Of a stretch of 64,000 nucleotides of DNA, positions 38,580 to 51,989 are shown piece by piece. The stretch lies in assembly GCF_030684315.1 (NCBI RefSeq), contig NC_081359.1:22082184-22146183 (forward strand). Direction: 5' to 3'. The notes beneath the pieces are model-generated. The model was not told the DNA's origin, searched no databases, and was given only the letters and a program-made list of their open reading frames with translations. This stretch comes from Stegostoma tigrinum (taxonomy: Eukaryota). How positions within the stretch are numbered: position 1 is the first letter of the stretch; each line of letters opens with the position of its first letter. The position numbers and the translations under genes were made by a program.

Positions 38580-39245
38580 TGATGGAGTTCCAGTTGGAAT
38601 GCCATGCTTCAAGGAATTCTCGCATGTGTCTCTATTTGGCTTGTCCTAGGATGGATGTGTTGTCCCAATCAAAGTGGTGTCCTTCCTCATCTGTATGTAA
38701 GGATACTAGTGATAGTGGGTCATGTCGTTTTGAGGCTAGTTGATGTTCATGTATCCTGGTGGCTAGCTTTCTGCCTGTTTGTCCAATGTAGTGTTTGTCA
38801 CAGTTCTTGCAAGGTATTTTGTAGATGACGTTCGTTTTGCTTGTTGTCTGTATCAGGTCTTTTAAGTTCATTGGCTGCTGTTTTAGTGTGTTGGTAGGTT
38901 TGTGGGCTACCCTGATGCCAAGAGGTCCGAGTAGTCTGGCAGTTATTTCGGAAATGTCTTTGATGTAGGGGAGAGTGGTTATGGTTTCTGGGCCCGTTTT
39001 GTCTGTTTGTTTGGGTTTGTTGCTGAGAAATCGGCGGACTGTGTTCATTGGGTACCCGTTCTTTTTGAATACGCTGTATAGGTGATTTTCTTCTGCTCTG
39101 CGTAGTTCCTCTGTGCTGCAGTGTGTGGTGGCTCATTGGAATAATGTTCTAACGCAGCTTCGTTTGTGGGTGTTGGGATGGTCGCTCCTGTAGTTCAGTA
39201 TTTGGTCCGTATGTGTTATTTTCCTGTCGATGCTGGTTTGAAGTT
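38580..39245 (-). pseudogene. PLE RT C-terminus / GIY-YIG endonuclease fragment, left arm
   Basis: NVIYKIPCKNCDKHYIGQTGRKLATRIHEH; internal stops. Confidence 0.85.
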
Positions 39246-39259
39246 TGTGGGGAATGGGG

Positions 39260-39990
39260 AACTTCAAACCAGCGTCTATAGGAAACCAACACATATGGAC
39301 CAAACACTGAACTACAGGAGCGACCATCCCAACACCCACAAACGAAGCTGCGTTAGAACATTATTCCAATGAGCCACCACACACTGCAGCACAGAGGAAC
39401 TACGCAGAGCAGAAGAAAATCACCTATACAGCGTATTCAAAAAGAACGGGTACCCAATGAACACAGTCCGCCGATTTCTCAGCAACAAACCCAAACAAAC
39501 AGACAAAACGGGCCCAGAAACCATAACCACTCTCCCCTACATCAAAGACATTTCCGAAATAACTGCCAGACTACTCGGACCTCTTGGCATCAGGGTAGCC
39601 CACAAACCCACCAACACACTAAAACAGCAGCTAATGAACTTAAAAGACCCTATACAGAGAACAAGCAAAACGAAAATCATCTACAAAATACCTTGCAAGA
39701 ACTGTGACAAACACTACATTGGACAAACAGGCAGAAAGCTCGCCACCAGGATACATGAACATCAACTAGCCTCAAAACGACATGACCCACTATCACTAGT
39801 ATTCTTACATACAGATGAGAAAGGACACCACTTTGATTGGGACAACACACCCATCCTAGGACAAGCCAAACAGAGACACATGCGAGAATTCCTAGAAGCA
39901 TGGCATTCCAACCGGAACTCCATCAACAATCACATTGGCTCCAAATCAGTCTACCATCCTCTGAGAAAAAGAACAAGAAATGACATCATC
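39260..39990 (+). pseudogene. PLE RT C-terminus / GIY-YIG endonuclease fragment, right arm
   Basis: ELQTSVYRKPTHMDQ...TLFQ*...IIYKIPCKNCDKHYIGQTGR...REFLEAW; 5'-truncated, stop at 39370-39372. Confidence 0.85.
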
Positions 39991-40048
39991 AACCCAAGGA
40001 AACCTAAACAGACAAATAGAAAGCGGGACATAACACCAGCGCTTCATT

Positions 40049-40107
40049 GGAGGCTCACTGATGATGTTACCTCGAATGGTGACGAAATGTCTGAAAACTA
40101 ACCTTCC
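40049..40107 (+). ncRNA. PLE pLTR minimal hammerhead ribozyme (uninterrupted arm)
   Basis: GGAGGCTCA-CTGATGA(40058-64)-T-GTTACC-tcgaat-GGTGAC-GAAA(40084-87)-TGTC-TGAAAACTAACCTTCC. Confidence 0.8.
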
Positions 40108-40189
40108 AGCTCAGCAAACAAACCCACATCCAAAAGAATACTATATTCAACAGGGTCCAGTAGATTAAAAAAAAGTCCTAATGAACTCG

Positions 40190-40670
40190 AATTTTGCAGC
40201 AGGCAAACACAAATGCATATATCACTATATTGCAGCACATCACTCACAGACATAATTTCTATGTGAGCATGAAATAATGCATTTTGGTCAGAATATAGCT
40301 CCTTTCAAAATCCCAGAGCAATGTAGCATTTTCAACATGTAGCCACTGTTTTAATCCAGGGAACATGGCAACCAAAACTAGAGCACAACAAATTCCCACA
40401 AACACCACCATGATTATGACCAGGTAATCATTTTTTGTGAAATTGAGCGAGGGAATATAATTAGCCAGAACCCCAAGGATAGCTTCCCTGTTCTTTAAAA
40501 TAGTGTCATGTTATTTTTTTATGTTCACCTAAGTGTGGTTTGGGATGTTTGTACGATATCTCATCTGTAAGATTCTGGCTCCACTATTCGCTTAGTGATG
40601 AATATCAAGAAATGTTTTTACTATACTGTGGAGTAAGACTTGAAAACAAAACCAACTGACACAGAAGCAA
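40190..40670 (-). mobile_element. Decayed Deu-domain SINE
   Basis: Reverse complement of Deu-domain motifs (AAATTCCCACAAACA...TAGCCAGAACCCCAAGGATAGCTTCCCTGTTCTT). Confidence 0.45.
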
Positions 40671-41839
40671 GAGTGTGAGAAGAAATAATGAGGCCATCTG
40701 CACTTTGAAAAGGAGTTAATCCATGGATCTAATTGAATGACAGAGCAGGTAGAATGGTTTTTTCCTGTCCATTACTAGGAGCTTTTAATATAAGCTAGTC
40801 AGGAAGAAATTCTCTAAGAAATTAAAGAGAAACTTCACAAAAGGCTTTTACAAAGCATAGTATACCATGTGGTCTAGTTGAAATGACTACTACAGATGTA
40901 ATTGAGCTGGGTCTAGGCAAGTGCATGAGAAAAAAGGGAATGCAAGTGTAGGATAGGATGAAGTGACTGAAGACAGTTCAAGAGGAGGTGCATGTATAAA
41001 TATGAACATAATTGGGTTCACTTGGCTTGTACTTATGCTGTAGATTCTGTTCAAATATTTGAGGGGCCATGAATACCTTATACCCCATGTACATCCTCTG
41101 ATGTAATGTTATTCTCAGCCTAAACTATACCAATGGTAAACCATGCCAATAAAATGATTTTTGCATGCCACACTTTAGGATTCAACTTATACCACTTGAA
41201 AACGTTGCTTTTAACTTTATTTTTTAAAAATCACTTGTAATTCAGCTACAAGATATTGCTAGATAAATAGTGAATGTGTCATTCAAATGGGAATATAAGA
41301 AAACTGTCCACTTTATAGATATGAATAGTAAAGCTGAACGGACGTACTTTTGCCCATTCCTACCATTTGGCTGATTCATTTCCTGCTCCTAACTTCAAAG
41401 TAATCAAAATTAAATATGAACATACATCCAGTTTAACACTCTTCTGGCAAAAACCTTTTCTGATTCATCGTGGCCATAAAGGTAAGCCTCAACCACTAAT
41501 TATGACCCAGGAGAAGCTACTCTTCTTTTTCATATGGCAGGAAGTTTTCCACAAATCCATTTCCCATTAATTTTAAAGATGGTGAAGAATTACTCTCCCT
41601 AACCTGCCCCATTATCAAGTTCTATAGAACAAGCACCTTCTTAAGTAAAGTAAACGTTCTAAATCATCTAACATTATCCATGATTCCTGTTTTAGTGTGT
41701 CATTTTTCCTCCAGGCTCCATCATCCCAAATAATTTACTGACTTTAATGATGGCTCATTACAACAGAGTGAACAGATTCGGCCATGAAATAAATGCTATT
41801 ATAAATGCTATGTAATGTGTTTTGGGTCAGTTTTAATGC

Positions 41840-42130
41840 TTTCTTAACTGAGACTTTAAACCAAGGCCCTGTCTGTGCTTTAAAGTAGATTTGAAAGATC
41901 CAATGATAATATTTTGAAGAAGAGCATGGTGACCTGACCATTTATATCCTTCAGTCAACATCACAGGCAACGACAGCAGATGATTATTATTTGGCTGTCA
42001 GTGAGATTTTTGCATCTGGATGTCTTGCTAAATTGCTTACATTGTGACAGTGACTGCGCATCAAAAAGTACTTTGTTGGTTATGGCTTGTTTTGTCATGT
42101 GAGGTGTGATATAAATGCAGTCCCTATTTC
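41840..42130 (+). mobile_element. Decayed Deu-domain SINE
   Basis: GAGACTTTAAACCAAGGCCCTGTCTG...AAAAGTACTTTGTTGGTT...ATATAAATGCAGTC. Confidence 0.55.
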
Positions 42131-42569
42131 TTTCACTACACACAATGTTACAGAGTCATCCAGCAATAGATCATAGTTCCCCAATGAACCAATTCAACAT
42201 GAGCATGCAATGTTCCCTCATTGATATATTTCCTGTTTACCACCTCTCTCGATCTCTAGCTTTTCTTAGTCAACACTGACTGCTTCTTCCATTTTTATCC
42301 ATTTTATTAACCTTTAAGGAAGCACTTCTTTTATGCTAATAAGTAAAGTTGCTCACCACTTAGCTATTATTTACTCACTTCATCAATTACTTCCTTCCCT
42401 TTTGTAAGGGTACAAAGCTTCTTTTGGCACCTTATTGTAGATGTTGCATTCGATTTGGGGGGATGTATTAACATGCACTTACTTCCGCACATTTTAAAAT
42501 AAAATCAGGTCATCTTGCTTTCTTATTGGCCATTTCTCATTGAGGTTTATTTGAAAATACAGTACCATT

Positions 42570-43075
42570 GTAACAGAGAAATAAGATAGAAGCAAGAATA
42601 GGCATTTTGACCTCTTGAGTCTACTTCGCCATTCGGTTTGGTCATGGCTGATTATCAAGCTCAGTACCCTAATTCTGCCCTCTCTGTATACCCCTTGATC
42701 CCTTTAGCAACAAGAGCTATATTTACCTCCCTCTTGAAATCATGTAATATTGTGACCTCAACTACTTTCTGCAATACTGAATTTCACAGGCTTGCCAATG
42801 TCTGGGTGAAGAAATTTCTTCTCATCTCAGTCATAAAAAATTCATTCCCTATCTTTAAACAGTGAATCCTGGTTCTGAACTCTCCACCCTCAGGAGCATC
42901 CTTCCTGCACCTAACCTGTCTGGTCCTATGAGAATTTCATAGCTTTCTGTGAGATCGCCCTCCGTTCTTCTAAGCTCTAGTGAACGCAATCCAATCTCTC
43001 CTCATATGACAGTGCTGACATGCCAGGAATCAGTTTGGTAAACTTTAGCTGCATTCCCTCTGCAGCAAGAGCAGA
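42570..43075 (-). mobile_element. CR1 LINE 3' fragment
   Basis: Reverse complement of a CR1 ORF2 end and 3'UTR (TTTACCAAACTGATTCCTGGCATG...AGAAGAACGGAGGGCGATCTC). Confidence 0.7.
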
Positions 43076-43079
43076 ACAT

Positions 43080-44170
43080 CATTGCTATTGAGGGAAAATT
43101 AATGACATGGCTGGGAAATTGATTGAGTAACAGATGACAGAAAGAAGGGATAATGGGTAGGTACTCAAACTGGCAGCATGTGACCAGTGTTATTCCACAA
43201 AGATCTGTGTTAGGCCTCAATTATTCACGTTATTTATTAATGACTTGGATAATGGCATAGAAATTCATGTCTACATTTGCTGATGACACAAAGCTAGGCA
43301 ACATTGTAGCATTTATGGTAGCAGAAAATTACAAAGGGATATTGTTAGACTGAATGAATGGACAAAACTGTGGTAGATGGAATTCAGCGTAAGTAAGTGT
43401 CAGGTTATCCATTTTCAATGAATAAAGGATTGATAAGAGTACTTGTTAGATGGTGTGAAGTTAAATACAAAGAATGTCCAAAGAGATTTAGGGTTTCAGG
43501 CACACAGATCCTTAAAATGTCATAACCACTGCATAAGGTAATCAAGAAACTTAAAAGAATGCTGTCCATTTTTTATCCAGAAGACTGGAGTACATGTTTT
43601 CAGAAGTTATGCTGCAATTATCTGAAGTCTTGTTTATACCCCGCTTAGAATACTGTGAAGTACATCACACGTTAGAAAGGACATATTGGCCTTGGAGAGA
43701 GTACAAGTAAGTTTAGAAGAATGATACCTGGACTTCAGGGGTTATAGGCAGTTCTGAGGAAAGTTCCTTCAACCTGAGATGTTAACTCTGATTTGTCTCC
43801 ACAGACACTACTAGACCTGCTGAGCTTTTCCAGCAATTTCTATTTTTGTTTGTTTTACAAATTGGACCCATTTTCTCCATAATTCAGAACGTTAAGGGGT
43901 GATTTGATTGAACTCTTCAAGATATTAGTGGGAAAATACAGGATGGATCAAGGTAAACTGTTTCCACTGGTTGGGGATTCTGGAACTAGGGTATATAGCC
44001 TGAAAATTAGGGCCAGTCTGTTCAAGAGTAATATGTTATAAGGCACTTCTACACACAAAGGGCAGGAAATGTTTGGAACTTTTCAATCTAGAACAATCTA
44101 GTCAAACTAGATTGACTATTTCAAAACTAGCTTCAAAGGGCTGAATGGCCTACTCTGGCTCCTATGTTCT
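43080..44170 (+). mobile_element. CR1 LINE RT-to-3'-end fragment, interrupted by a family B pLTR at ~43751-43850
   Basis: Degenerate VTSVIPQRSVLG, FINDLD, FADDTKLG, LQRDI..LNEW, KCQVIHF motifs; tail GGCCTACTCTGGCTCCTATGTTC. Confidence 0.8.
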
Positions 44171-45913
44171 TAAACTTGCTGCAGATCCCAGTTTCACTAG
44201 AGGAGTCTAAATTTATAATAAACTCCATACTCGGGATCTTATGGCCAACTGTGGTTCATTACTTAGACACCAAGTCCAACAAATTATACACTGTACATGT
44301 TCCACTGTCTTCAATCAAGGAATAATCATTTAATCATAGCAATAAATGACTGGAAGTGACCTTCCATCTCCAGTGCCTATCCTTGTTTGTCCATTTTGCA
44401 AGTGAGTAATTGAAATCTGCCATCATTATTACCTTCACTTCATTAACTATTTAATTGATATAACCGCACAGTTGTAGATATTCATTTATTTAGCTTGGTA
44501 GGGTATTCTGTAATACAAATTCATTATCACTTTGATACTTGTTTTGAACTTGACTTAGAGTGACACTTCCTTTGCATTTATTTGGCCTTACAAGTCTGAA
44601 GACTTGATTTACATGACTGACATTGTATTTGTCATTTATAAAGCTTGCTAGTCCTGCTGTGTGTATATTTTTCATCCTCTTTACTGCTTCTGTTTATTAA
44701 TGGAAAAATACTGCAGAAGCAAACACTATCTGCACATGTTTATATGTAGAACCAAACCAAGGTGGAGCATGAAATGGAATTTCTTCTGCAATAGCTTTGA
44801 AACTAATTTTGAAATAGTCAATCTCTTGCAAAAACAGTCAGTAAGGGATAAATCATGTAGAGCTAAGGGGAAAGGCATTGAGTGTAAACAACTCTGCATT
44901 TTTATAGCATGCAATATATTTCAATAAACTATAGGAGCTTCCATGAACTGACAGGGTTCAATCATCACTTGGTACAATGGGAAGGATTTTCCCTTTTTGA
45001 TGTTCAATATTGTCTTTACTCTGAATGAGAAACTCTGAATTTGCATTTAAATAAGAATTCACAAAAGACCCCAGTAAGTGAAGGTAACAACAGCAGTAAA
45101 ACAAATAGTTTTCAGAAGGTGGAAAGCAACTCCACGTATCTTCCCTCTGAGGATATGTGTTGTTTTTTATGTTGTGCAGAGATGTCACACTCCAAGTTAT
45201 AGGTCTGAACAGGAGCTTTATTCAATGCTTTAAAAAGTCTGCTGTCACCCTTTAAGCTGCTTGCCAGCTGTTTAGTTTCTGCTTCTTTTCTAGTCACCAC
45301 ACCTACGTTCAACTAATTACACACAGAACATAAAACAGACACAAATTCAAACACTGAAGAACTGAAAGCTACGAATTGTAATTAGTTTCAAGTCAGTAAC
45401 TGAAATTTTGCAAAACAAGTTTACACTTTTTGTGTGTACTGTTGTGTAATCTCTGATTTAGAAGAAATCTTACAATAATTATTCACTAATTCATGATGCC
45501 TACACATGCCAGTTACAAATGTAAGCTTTTTCTTGGTAAATGGTTACTAACGTCAAAAAGTAAAATGTTTTGGATGGGAACTGAAAGCACTTAAGAAGGA
45601 AAAACCAGATGAAGATTAGCCGATAAAATAGCTTCCTTTCAATCCTGGTGATGTTACAGGGAATTCATCTATAATTGATAAACAAGATTGTTTGGGTACA
45701 CAGTTTACATTTTTCAATGGTGCACTCCCTCAAAAAGGTGATGAGACGCTCAGACAAGAGCGACAGGAAAGAAGTAAGTTGTTTGAGAAGCATCAAAGAG
45801 ATAAAAAAATAGCAAAAGCTAAGAGAAAATATTTGCACAGTGGTAGAAGAACAAAAACTTGAAGGAAGCAGATTGCAATGGTAAGAGTAATGGGAGGGAG
45901 AGCTAAACTATTT

Positions 45914-46234
45914 GGGTGGCATGCTGGCTCAGTGTTCAGCACTGCTCTCTCACAGTGCTAGGGATCTGGGTTCAATTCCAGCCATGTGGAGTTTACATGT
46001 TCTCCCTGTTTCTGCCAGATGCTCTGGTTTCCTTTCACAGCCCAAAGATGTCTGGATTAGATAGTTTGGCTGTGCAAAATTGCTGTGTAGTATCCAGGTG
46101 AGGTGGATTAGCTAGGGCCAATGTGGATACAGGGCAGGGCCTGAGGTTTGGGTGGGATGCTTTTTGGAGGGTTAGTACAGATTCAGTGGGCTGAATAGCA
46201 TCGTTCTGCACTGTAGGGTTTCAATTTTGATTTG
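45914..46234 (+). mobile_element. HE1-like V-SINE
   Basis: tRNA A/B boxes (TGGCTCAGTG, GGTTCAATTCC), V-domain and tail as at 55828. Confidence 0.7.
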
Positions 46235-46929
46235 CTATCTTTCTGTTGTGTACACAAATGTGAACAAACAAACAGCAAGGTTAATTTCTCTTCATACCAT
46301 GTTTGTACTTGTTTGAATAAAAAGCAGTTTGTCAACAAAATAGTCGTTCGATGAAGCCAAACTTCGTAAACATCTTTTCCCCAGGCTCTTTTTTCTACAT
46401 GGAAATATCTACCAATCATGACAACCTTTGCAGTTTTCCACAAGCTTTTGGGTTTCAAAGGGCATGTAACAAAGAAAGGCAGTTTTACCTGAAAGAGTGG
46501 TATGGCTGATATTAAGATGACTATGCTTCCTCATGAACTGTGCGCTTTTGAGGATTTTCTTTTCTTACCATTCAGACTTTTCTCTTGTCTCCTTCAGACA
46601 AAGGGTGTGCAGCTGCCACTTTCACATGTGAAATCATTCATCTTTTGCCACTTTGAGCAGGGTGATTTGCCAGACCATCTGGTCTTGTGGGATATGCTGG
46701 CCTATTTTCGACAGTCTAGATACAAGCTCACGCTCAGCGATTATCACTGGACAATGACTTCAGTGGGAAAACTTGTAATCATTGCCCAGCTAGGAGCACG
46801 TGAAAGCTTTTGAGTCACAATGTTATTGGTTCTCGTCATTCTTCATGTTGTTCAGTACAAATCTCCCCAAAATAGTGGAAAATCCTGTGGGGAATACCCC
46901 ATGAGGGTGTTTCACTGCTGGTGGTATGG

Positions 46930-47240
46930 ATTTCATGTGGGACATCTATTTAATGTTCAGTCTGCCCTCTCGGCTGCAAGTAAAAGATCCCATGGCATTA
47001 TTTCATAATGAGACCGGGAGTTGTCCCTGGTGTCTTGCTCAATATTTATCATTTAATCAGCATGTCATTTGTAATATTTTCTGGTCCTTATCACATTGCT
47101 GTCTTTGAGACCCTGCTTTGAATGAATTGGTTGTGGCGTTTCCTTCAGTACGTCAATGACTGCACTTACAAAGTTTTACTGCATTGTGGGGGTAAAGTCC
47201 TTTGAAACATCCTGCCATCATGAAAATGTTTTTGTAATTA
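46930..47240 (+). mobile_element. Decayed Deu-domain SINE
   Basis: GTAAAAGATCCCATGGCATTATTT...GGGAGTTGTCCCTGGTGTCTTGCTCAATATTTATC. Confidence 0.6.
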
Positions 47241-47251
47241 CATAATCATGG

Positions 47252-47341
47252 TTAATACAGTGTGGAGCTGGAGGAACACAGCAGGTGAGGTTGCATCAAA
47301 GGAGCAGGAAAGTCAACGTTTTGGGTGTACACCCTTCATCA
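47252..47341 (-). mobile_element. Family A mini-element, single arm
   Basis: GTGTGGAGCTGGAGGAACACAGCAGG...AACGTTTTGGGTGTACACCCTTCATCA (decayed HHR on the minus strand). Confidence 0.65.
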
Positions 47342-47479
47342 ATTATTCATCAGTCTTTCTTCCTACTACAGGAGAACTTGGACCATACTTAGCAGCTATG
47401 CAACTCCTTGCCTGAGAGCTTGTCACTGAAAAACAAGATATTTCTTGTGATCACTTGTGAAGAGATGATTATGCCATAG

Positions 47480-47680
47480 CAGGCTGTCTGATGTAAGTTG
47501 GTTAGTTTGTGAAGCCATCAGTGTGGGTTCAATTTCTATCACTGGCTGAGGGTACCACGAAGGATTCTCCTTCTTGACCTCTCCCTTCACTTGTGGTATG
47601 GTGACCTTCAGGTTAAATCACAACCAGTTGTGTCTCTTTAATGAAAGAGCAGCCCTATGGTGTAGTAGGACTATGACAAC
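47480..47680 (+). mobile_element. tRNA-derived SINE; opposite-strand relative at ~59260-59450
   Basis: B-box GGGTTCAATTTC; body CTCTCCCTTCACTTG..GGTGACCTTCAGGTTAAATCAC matches the reverse complement of 59309-59350. Confidence 0.5.
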
Positions 47681-48625
47681 ACAATGGCTGATAATAAAAT
47701 AATGGTGGTGTGGGAGCAAAACTCAGACTACATTGTTTCAGGAGTAATCTTTCCAATATTACTTTTTACACAATAAGGAATTTGGGCATGTAAAGCCATT
47801 ATGCACACTGCACAAATTTCCTATCACTAAATTAAATGCACATAAAGTTGTCTGGGCTTCTGTTGGATGTAGTCATGAAATTTTTTACTTAAGCTCCCAG
47901 TGTGTAAACTGTTGTTGTTGCTGGAATTGCTTAAACTTTATTTTATCCTCATTTCAAATGTTCAAACGATGAACAGGTAAATTCAGGGAACAAGATTCAC
48001 TAATTAAAACAGAGAGTCATAATGTTATAACCTCATTGTAAACTTAGCTCCACAAAAGAGGGCTTAATCATACTCATCCATCAGACATTTTGCAGTGTTG
48101 ATGAAGTGAAAAAGTGAATACAATTAATTAAGAATATAGTTGTACAAACTGGATAGGAAAGACTTATTCAAGGAGAAGAGGGTGAATTGCTGTGCTTTTG
48201 AAAGTTTAATTTAGAAAGACAGAAGATTATAAATGTCACAACTTTGAAAAGTGGAGGTGAGCGGAATGAACTTCAGGTCTATTTGCACAAATTATTGAAG
48301 CTGACGGGACAAGTCGATGATGTGGTTCCAAAAAAATACCAGTTACTCTAAAGAGAGGAAAGGTATAGAACATCAAAACAATCATGTTACACTTTCAAAC
48401 ACTGAAACAAAAATCACTGATCGGTCTTTAGTTGTGTAATTATGATGATCCTAAGCTTGCAACATCAGCAAAGCTGCACAAGCATTTAAAAGTTAACAAC
48501 CAGGTTTACCAGAATGTTGCTAGGCATGGGGCACTTAATTTATGATGCAATGATGTGAAAGTTAGGACTGTTTGACTTGGAACAGAGAAAAACGTTAATG
48601 GTAACCTAACAAAGGTTTCAGTTTG

Positions 48626-48834
48626 TTAGAGATAGTAGGAACTGCCGATGCTGAAGAATCTGAGGATAACATGGTGTGAAGCTGGATGAACGCAGCAGGT
48701 CAAGCAGCCTCAGAGGAGCAGGAAAGCTTAACGTTTCAGGTAGGGAAGGGTCCCAACCCGAAATGTCAGGTTTTCCTGCTCCTCTGATGCTGCTTGGCCT
48801 GCTGTGTTCATCTAGCTTCACACCGTGTTATATC
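48626..48834. mobile_element. Family A palindromic mini-element inside an old CR1 remnant
   Basis: Inverted arms plus one-sided extension; duplication AGGTTTCAGTTTG at 48612-48624 / 48837-48849. Confidence 0.75.
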
Positions 48835-49446
48835 AGAGGTTTCAGTTTGATTAGATTTGAAAGAAGTAGGTAGAAAAAATGATTCCCTTTTATTGTATGC
48901 TTCATATCTCAGGAATCAATGCAGAGATAACATTAGTTTCTAAATATGTTGCAGGTTTATTTACACAGTTTTAAGATATCTCTGCAATCACAAAATGTCT
49001 GTTCTGACAGCTCAGCTCCTAATAGCTTCTGTAACGTCTGTTTACTTTACCCTGAGTTCGTATCGAGGATTTATCAATCAAGTGTCGTGAACATAGATTG
49101 GTTACTGGACTCACATAATCAACAGAGGACAACAGAAATACTACACATCTGGTGAATGACTTGACAAAAGAAAGTAACAGATAAAAAACAGCTGTTGACA
49201 AAAGGCTGAGAGGTGAAAAGAGGGGAATAAATAACTAATCACTGTTGTAAGGATCTTGAACGCTATCCAAAAAAGTAACGGTAGTTGATTTTATAAATAA
49301 TTCAAAGTGAGAAGGCTAGGTACTTGAGTGTGAGGAATGTACAGAAATGGAGAAGAAGATGTGAGACTAAGCAGGACTGTTCTTTCAGAGAACCAGAACA
49401 CTTGAAATAGAACATCTCTCCTTATTAATAAACAAGCTTCCATGAG

Positions 49447-49545
49447 CTCTGAGGAAGGGTCACTGGACCCGAAACATTAACTCTGTTTATGCCTTCACAG
49501 TGCTGCCAGATCTGCTGAGCTTTTCCAGCAATTTTGTTTTTGTTC
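49447..49545 (+). mobile_element. Family B pLTR fragment with minimal hammerhead
   Basis: CTGAGGA(49449-55)-A-GGGTC-actg-GACCC-GAAA(49471-74)-CATT. Confidence 0.7.
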
Positions 49546-51989
49546 CATCTTAAAATCATCACAAATTAGATATTTGAAAGACGCAGCAAGAAGGCCAGAG
49601 CAAACTTCTGGCAGATTCAACTCGATGTTCTGAATGATCTTGATGTTCAAAATCGGGCATTTCAGGGCACACTTTATGGGCACCAGCCAGCCACACTCAT
49701 TGTCTATGGACAGTTACATCTGACATGTGCCAGCCTCATGGCAAATCAGTGATACACTTACAGGTCACTTCTGCACATCAATGCTGTATCATGAGCTGAA
49801 CCAGCAACTATCATTGTAATGTTGTAGCAAGGACCCTGCCCTTGTGGACTGTATCCAGCTCACGGGAGTTGATTTGGCTGCATCTGCAAGCTTTCAGCCA
49901 GAGATACCAGGTTCATATTACTGTTCTCTTGCCTTGCTGTTAAATGCAATCACAAAGCAGGAAACCTGTCATAGTTGTCAACAGGCCTCAATCAATTCAA
50001 GGGAGATAGCCTTCATTTTAAAGATTGGCCAGAGGCTGGACAAAAGAGCTGCTACAAGGCTCTGGTGGGTAATTAATGAGGCAAACTTGATAAGATACAG
50101 AAAGATCATTTGCTAGGCCTAATGACGTCAAACGCTCCAAATTACTTTGATATAACTTAGAGTTAGCTAAAAAATGTAAGATTGAACCCTATGATTATAC
50201 TAGTGTTAAAGCACTTTTAAAGTCTCACTTTCAATGGAATGCCAGATTTTGGTGTAACCCTTGGTTTTCATTTATCTTTCTGTGGTATTCCATCCATTTC
50301 GCACAGATAGTTTGTTATTTAGTTTACCATTTTTGCTAACTGATTAATCTGAATGCTTTGCAAATAGAAGAGAGCACCTTCAAGTTTAGGTTAGGGTCAA
50401 AGTACAAAGCTTCTAAAAGGATTTGCATTATTTTTTGGGGGAAAAAATGTCAATGAAACACTTCTCTTCGCCAACCCCACCCCCCATCACCCACCACCTT
50501 CCAAAGCCTCAGTATCTCTGAAGGATTCACTGAAAGTAAATAATTTTAGTGTTATTTTCTGCAGCAACTTACACCTCTATTTGACATTGATTAAGCCTTT
50601 ATTCACCCACAATGAACAGTCAGATGCAAGATTAACAGTGACATATCACCCAATAAACATCAGCTATGAAATGATTTGGTCTACTTTCCTTTTGAAATTT
50701 GTAAAAAATGACTTGAACCCTCTGTGCAATCACCTCAACCATTCATATGTTTGTTGCCAGCTAACAATTAACTTGGTGTTAATGAATGTGTCAACTAGGC
50801 ATCATATTTGTGTATTTGTAGCTCATGTTTATGATGTTAACAGTCTCGATCAGCTATACAGCTACTTAACACTTAGCTTGAGAATCTTGGCTGTTGTGTG
50901 GAGGAGCTGAGTGTATTTATGCAGTCAGTGCATGGAGTATATAAATCTTAAAATTTATGGATATTACTTTTTTCAAGCTAACATTAATGTGTGAATTTTA
51001 TCCCTTCTGTAATCAAAATTTCTCTGAAGTCTATGAAACTGGTGCTTTTCACAATTCAGGTTGCCCATTTGTCTACTTCCTTCAACCAGCTGTAAACATA
51101 AATGCACATGATTCCATACCTGAAATTGACATACAATATATTGGTTTTACATGGATGCTTTCAAATTATCAAGGCGTTTCAGAATAATCATACAGTTGCA
51201 GTTGTGGCTAAAATGCCAACAAAGGGCTATTTGTCTTTTATTTAATCCAATTATGTTTTGGGGGGGAGCACTGACTTATGTCCAGAACTTTGACGATTTT
51301 AAAAGAAAATGTTGTAACATCTGCAAGCCATTTCTCCATTTCTTAACACTAGTTGAACCGTGATGATCCAAATACAGGGCAATAAATGTCCTATGTTGAC
51401 AGCTTGTAAAATGAAATAAAATAATGTCCTGTGTTTGTGTTAGTTTTCTGAATAAAAATAAATTTAGTGCATAATCATTAGAGTGGATAACACATCTGTC
51501 TTTTCAACAACCCATCTATTCTTCAGCTGCAGGAATTTAATAGGAGTTCAATTTGGTTTGAGATTTTCTTATCATTAAGTTTGACCAAAGTATTGCGAAA
51601 AGAGTGAGGATAGACGACGTCGGATGATTATTTGGATAGAAATGGTGTGCAGAGATATGGGGAGAAAACAGGAGATTGGCAGAAGGTCATAGAGCTGGCA
51701 CTGGCACAAATGATCTCCTTCTCCATCATTACAGATCTGATTCTGAGATACTGAGATAATTTTCTTATAGCGTGCACATTTGTACACTACCTTCTGCCAG
51801 ATCTGACTACATTTACAACAGACTTTACGTTGTCAATTTGAGCTGTTAATTAAGGTCTTGAATACCAACACAATACAATTTCAGACAGTTAGACAATAGG
51901 TACAGACTCATTGGTCAGGAGCCCAATTTCCATGGAGCTGGCTTATTCCCTCTCCACAGGTTAATTTCTAAAACCAGCCTATATTTCTG

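Larger units (their letters stand above)
33272..40132. mobile_element. Inverted (palindromic) Penelope-like retroelement: left arm 33272-33366 + 38390-39245 (minus, split by the Tx1 LINE), right arm 39260-40132 (plus)
   Basis: Arms are reverse complements around a 14-nt spacer; each encodes an RT C-terminus (YRKPTH.DQ.LNYRSDHP) and a GIY-YIG nuclease. Possible TSD AAAGAAT(G/A)C(C/T)AT at 33260-33271 / 40133-40144. Confidence 0.9.

Noticed and set aside
42570-44170. Twin-priming inversion of a single CR1
   Set aside because: Both pieces contain their own 3' tail and differ in sequence, so they are two independent head-to-head copies.
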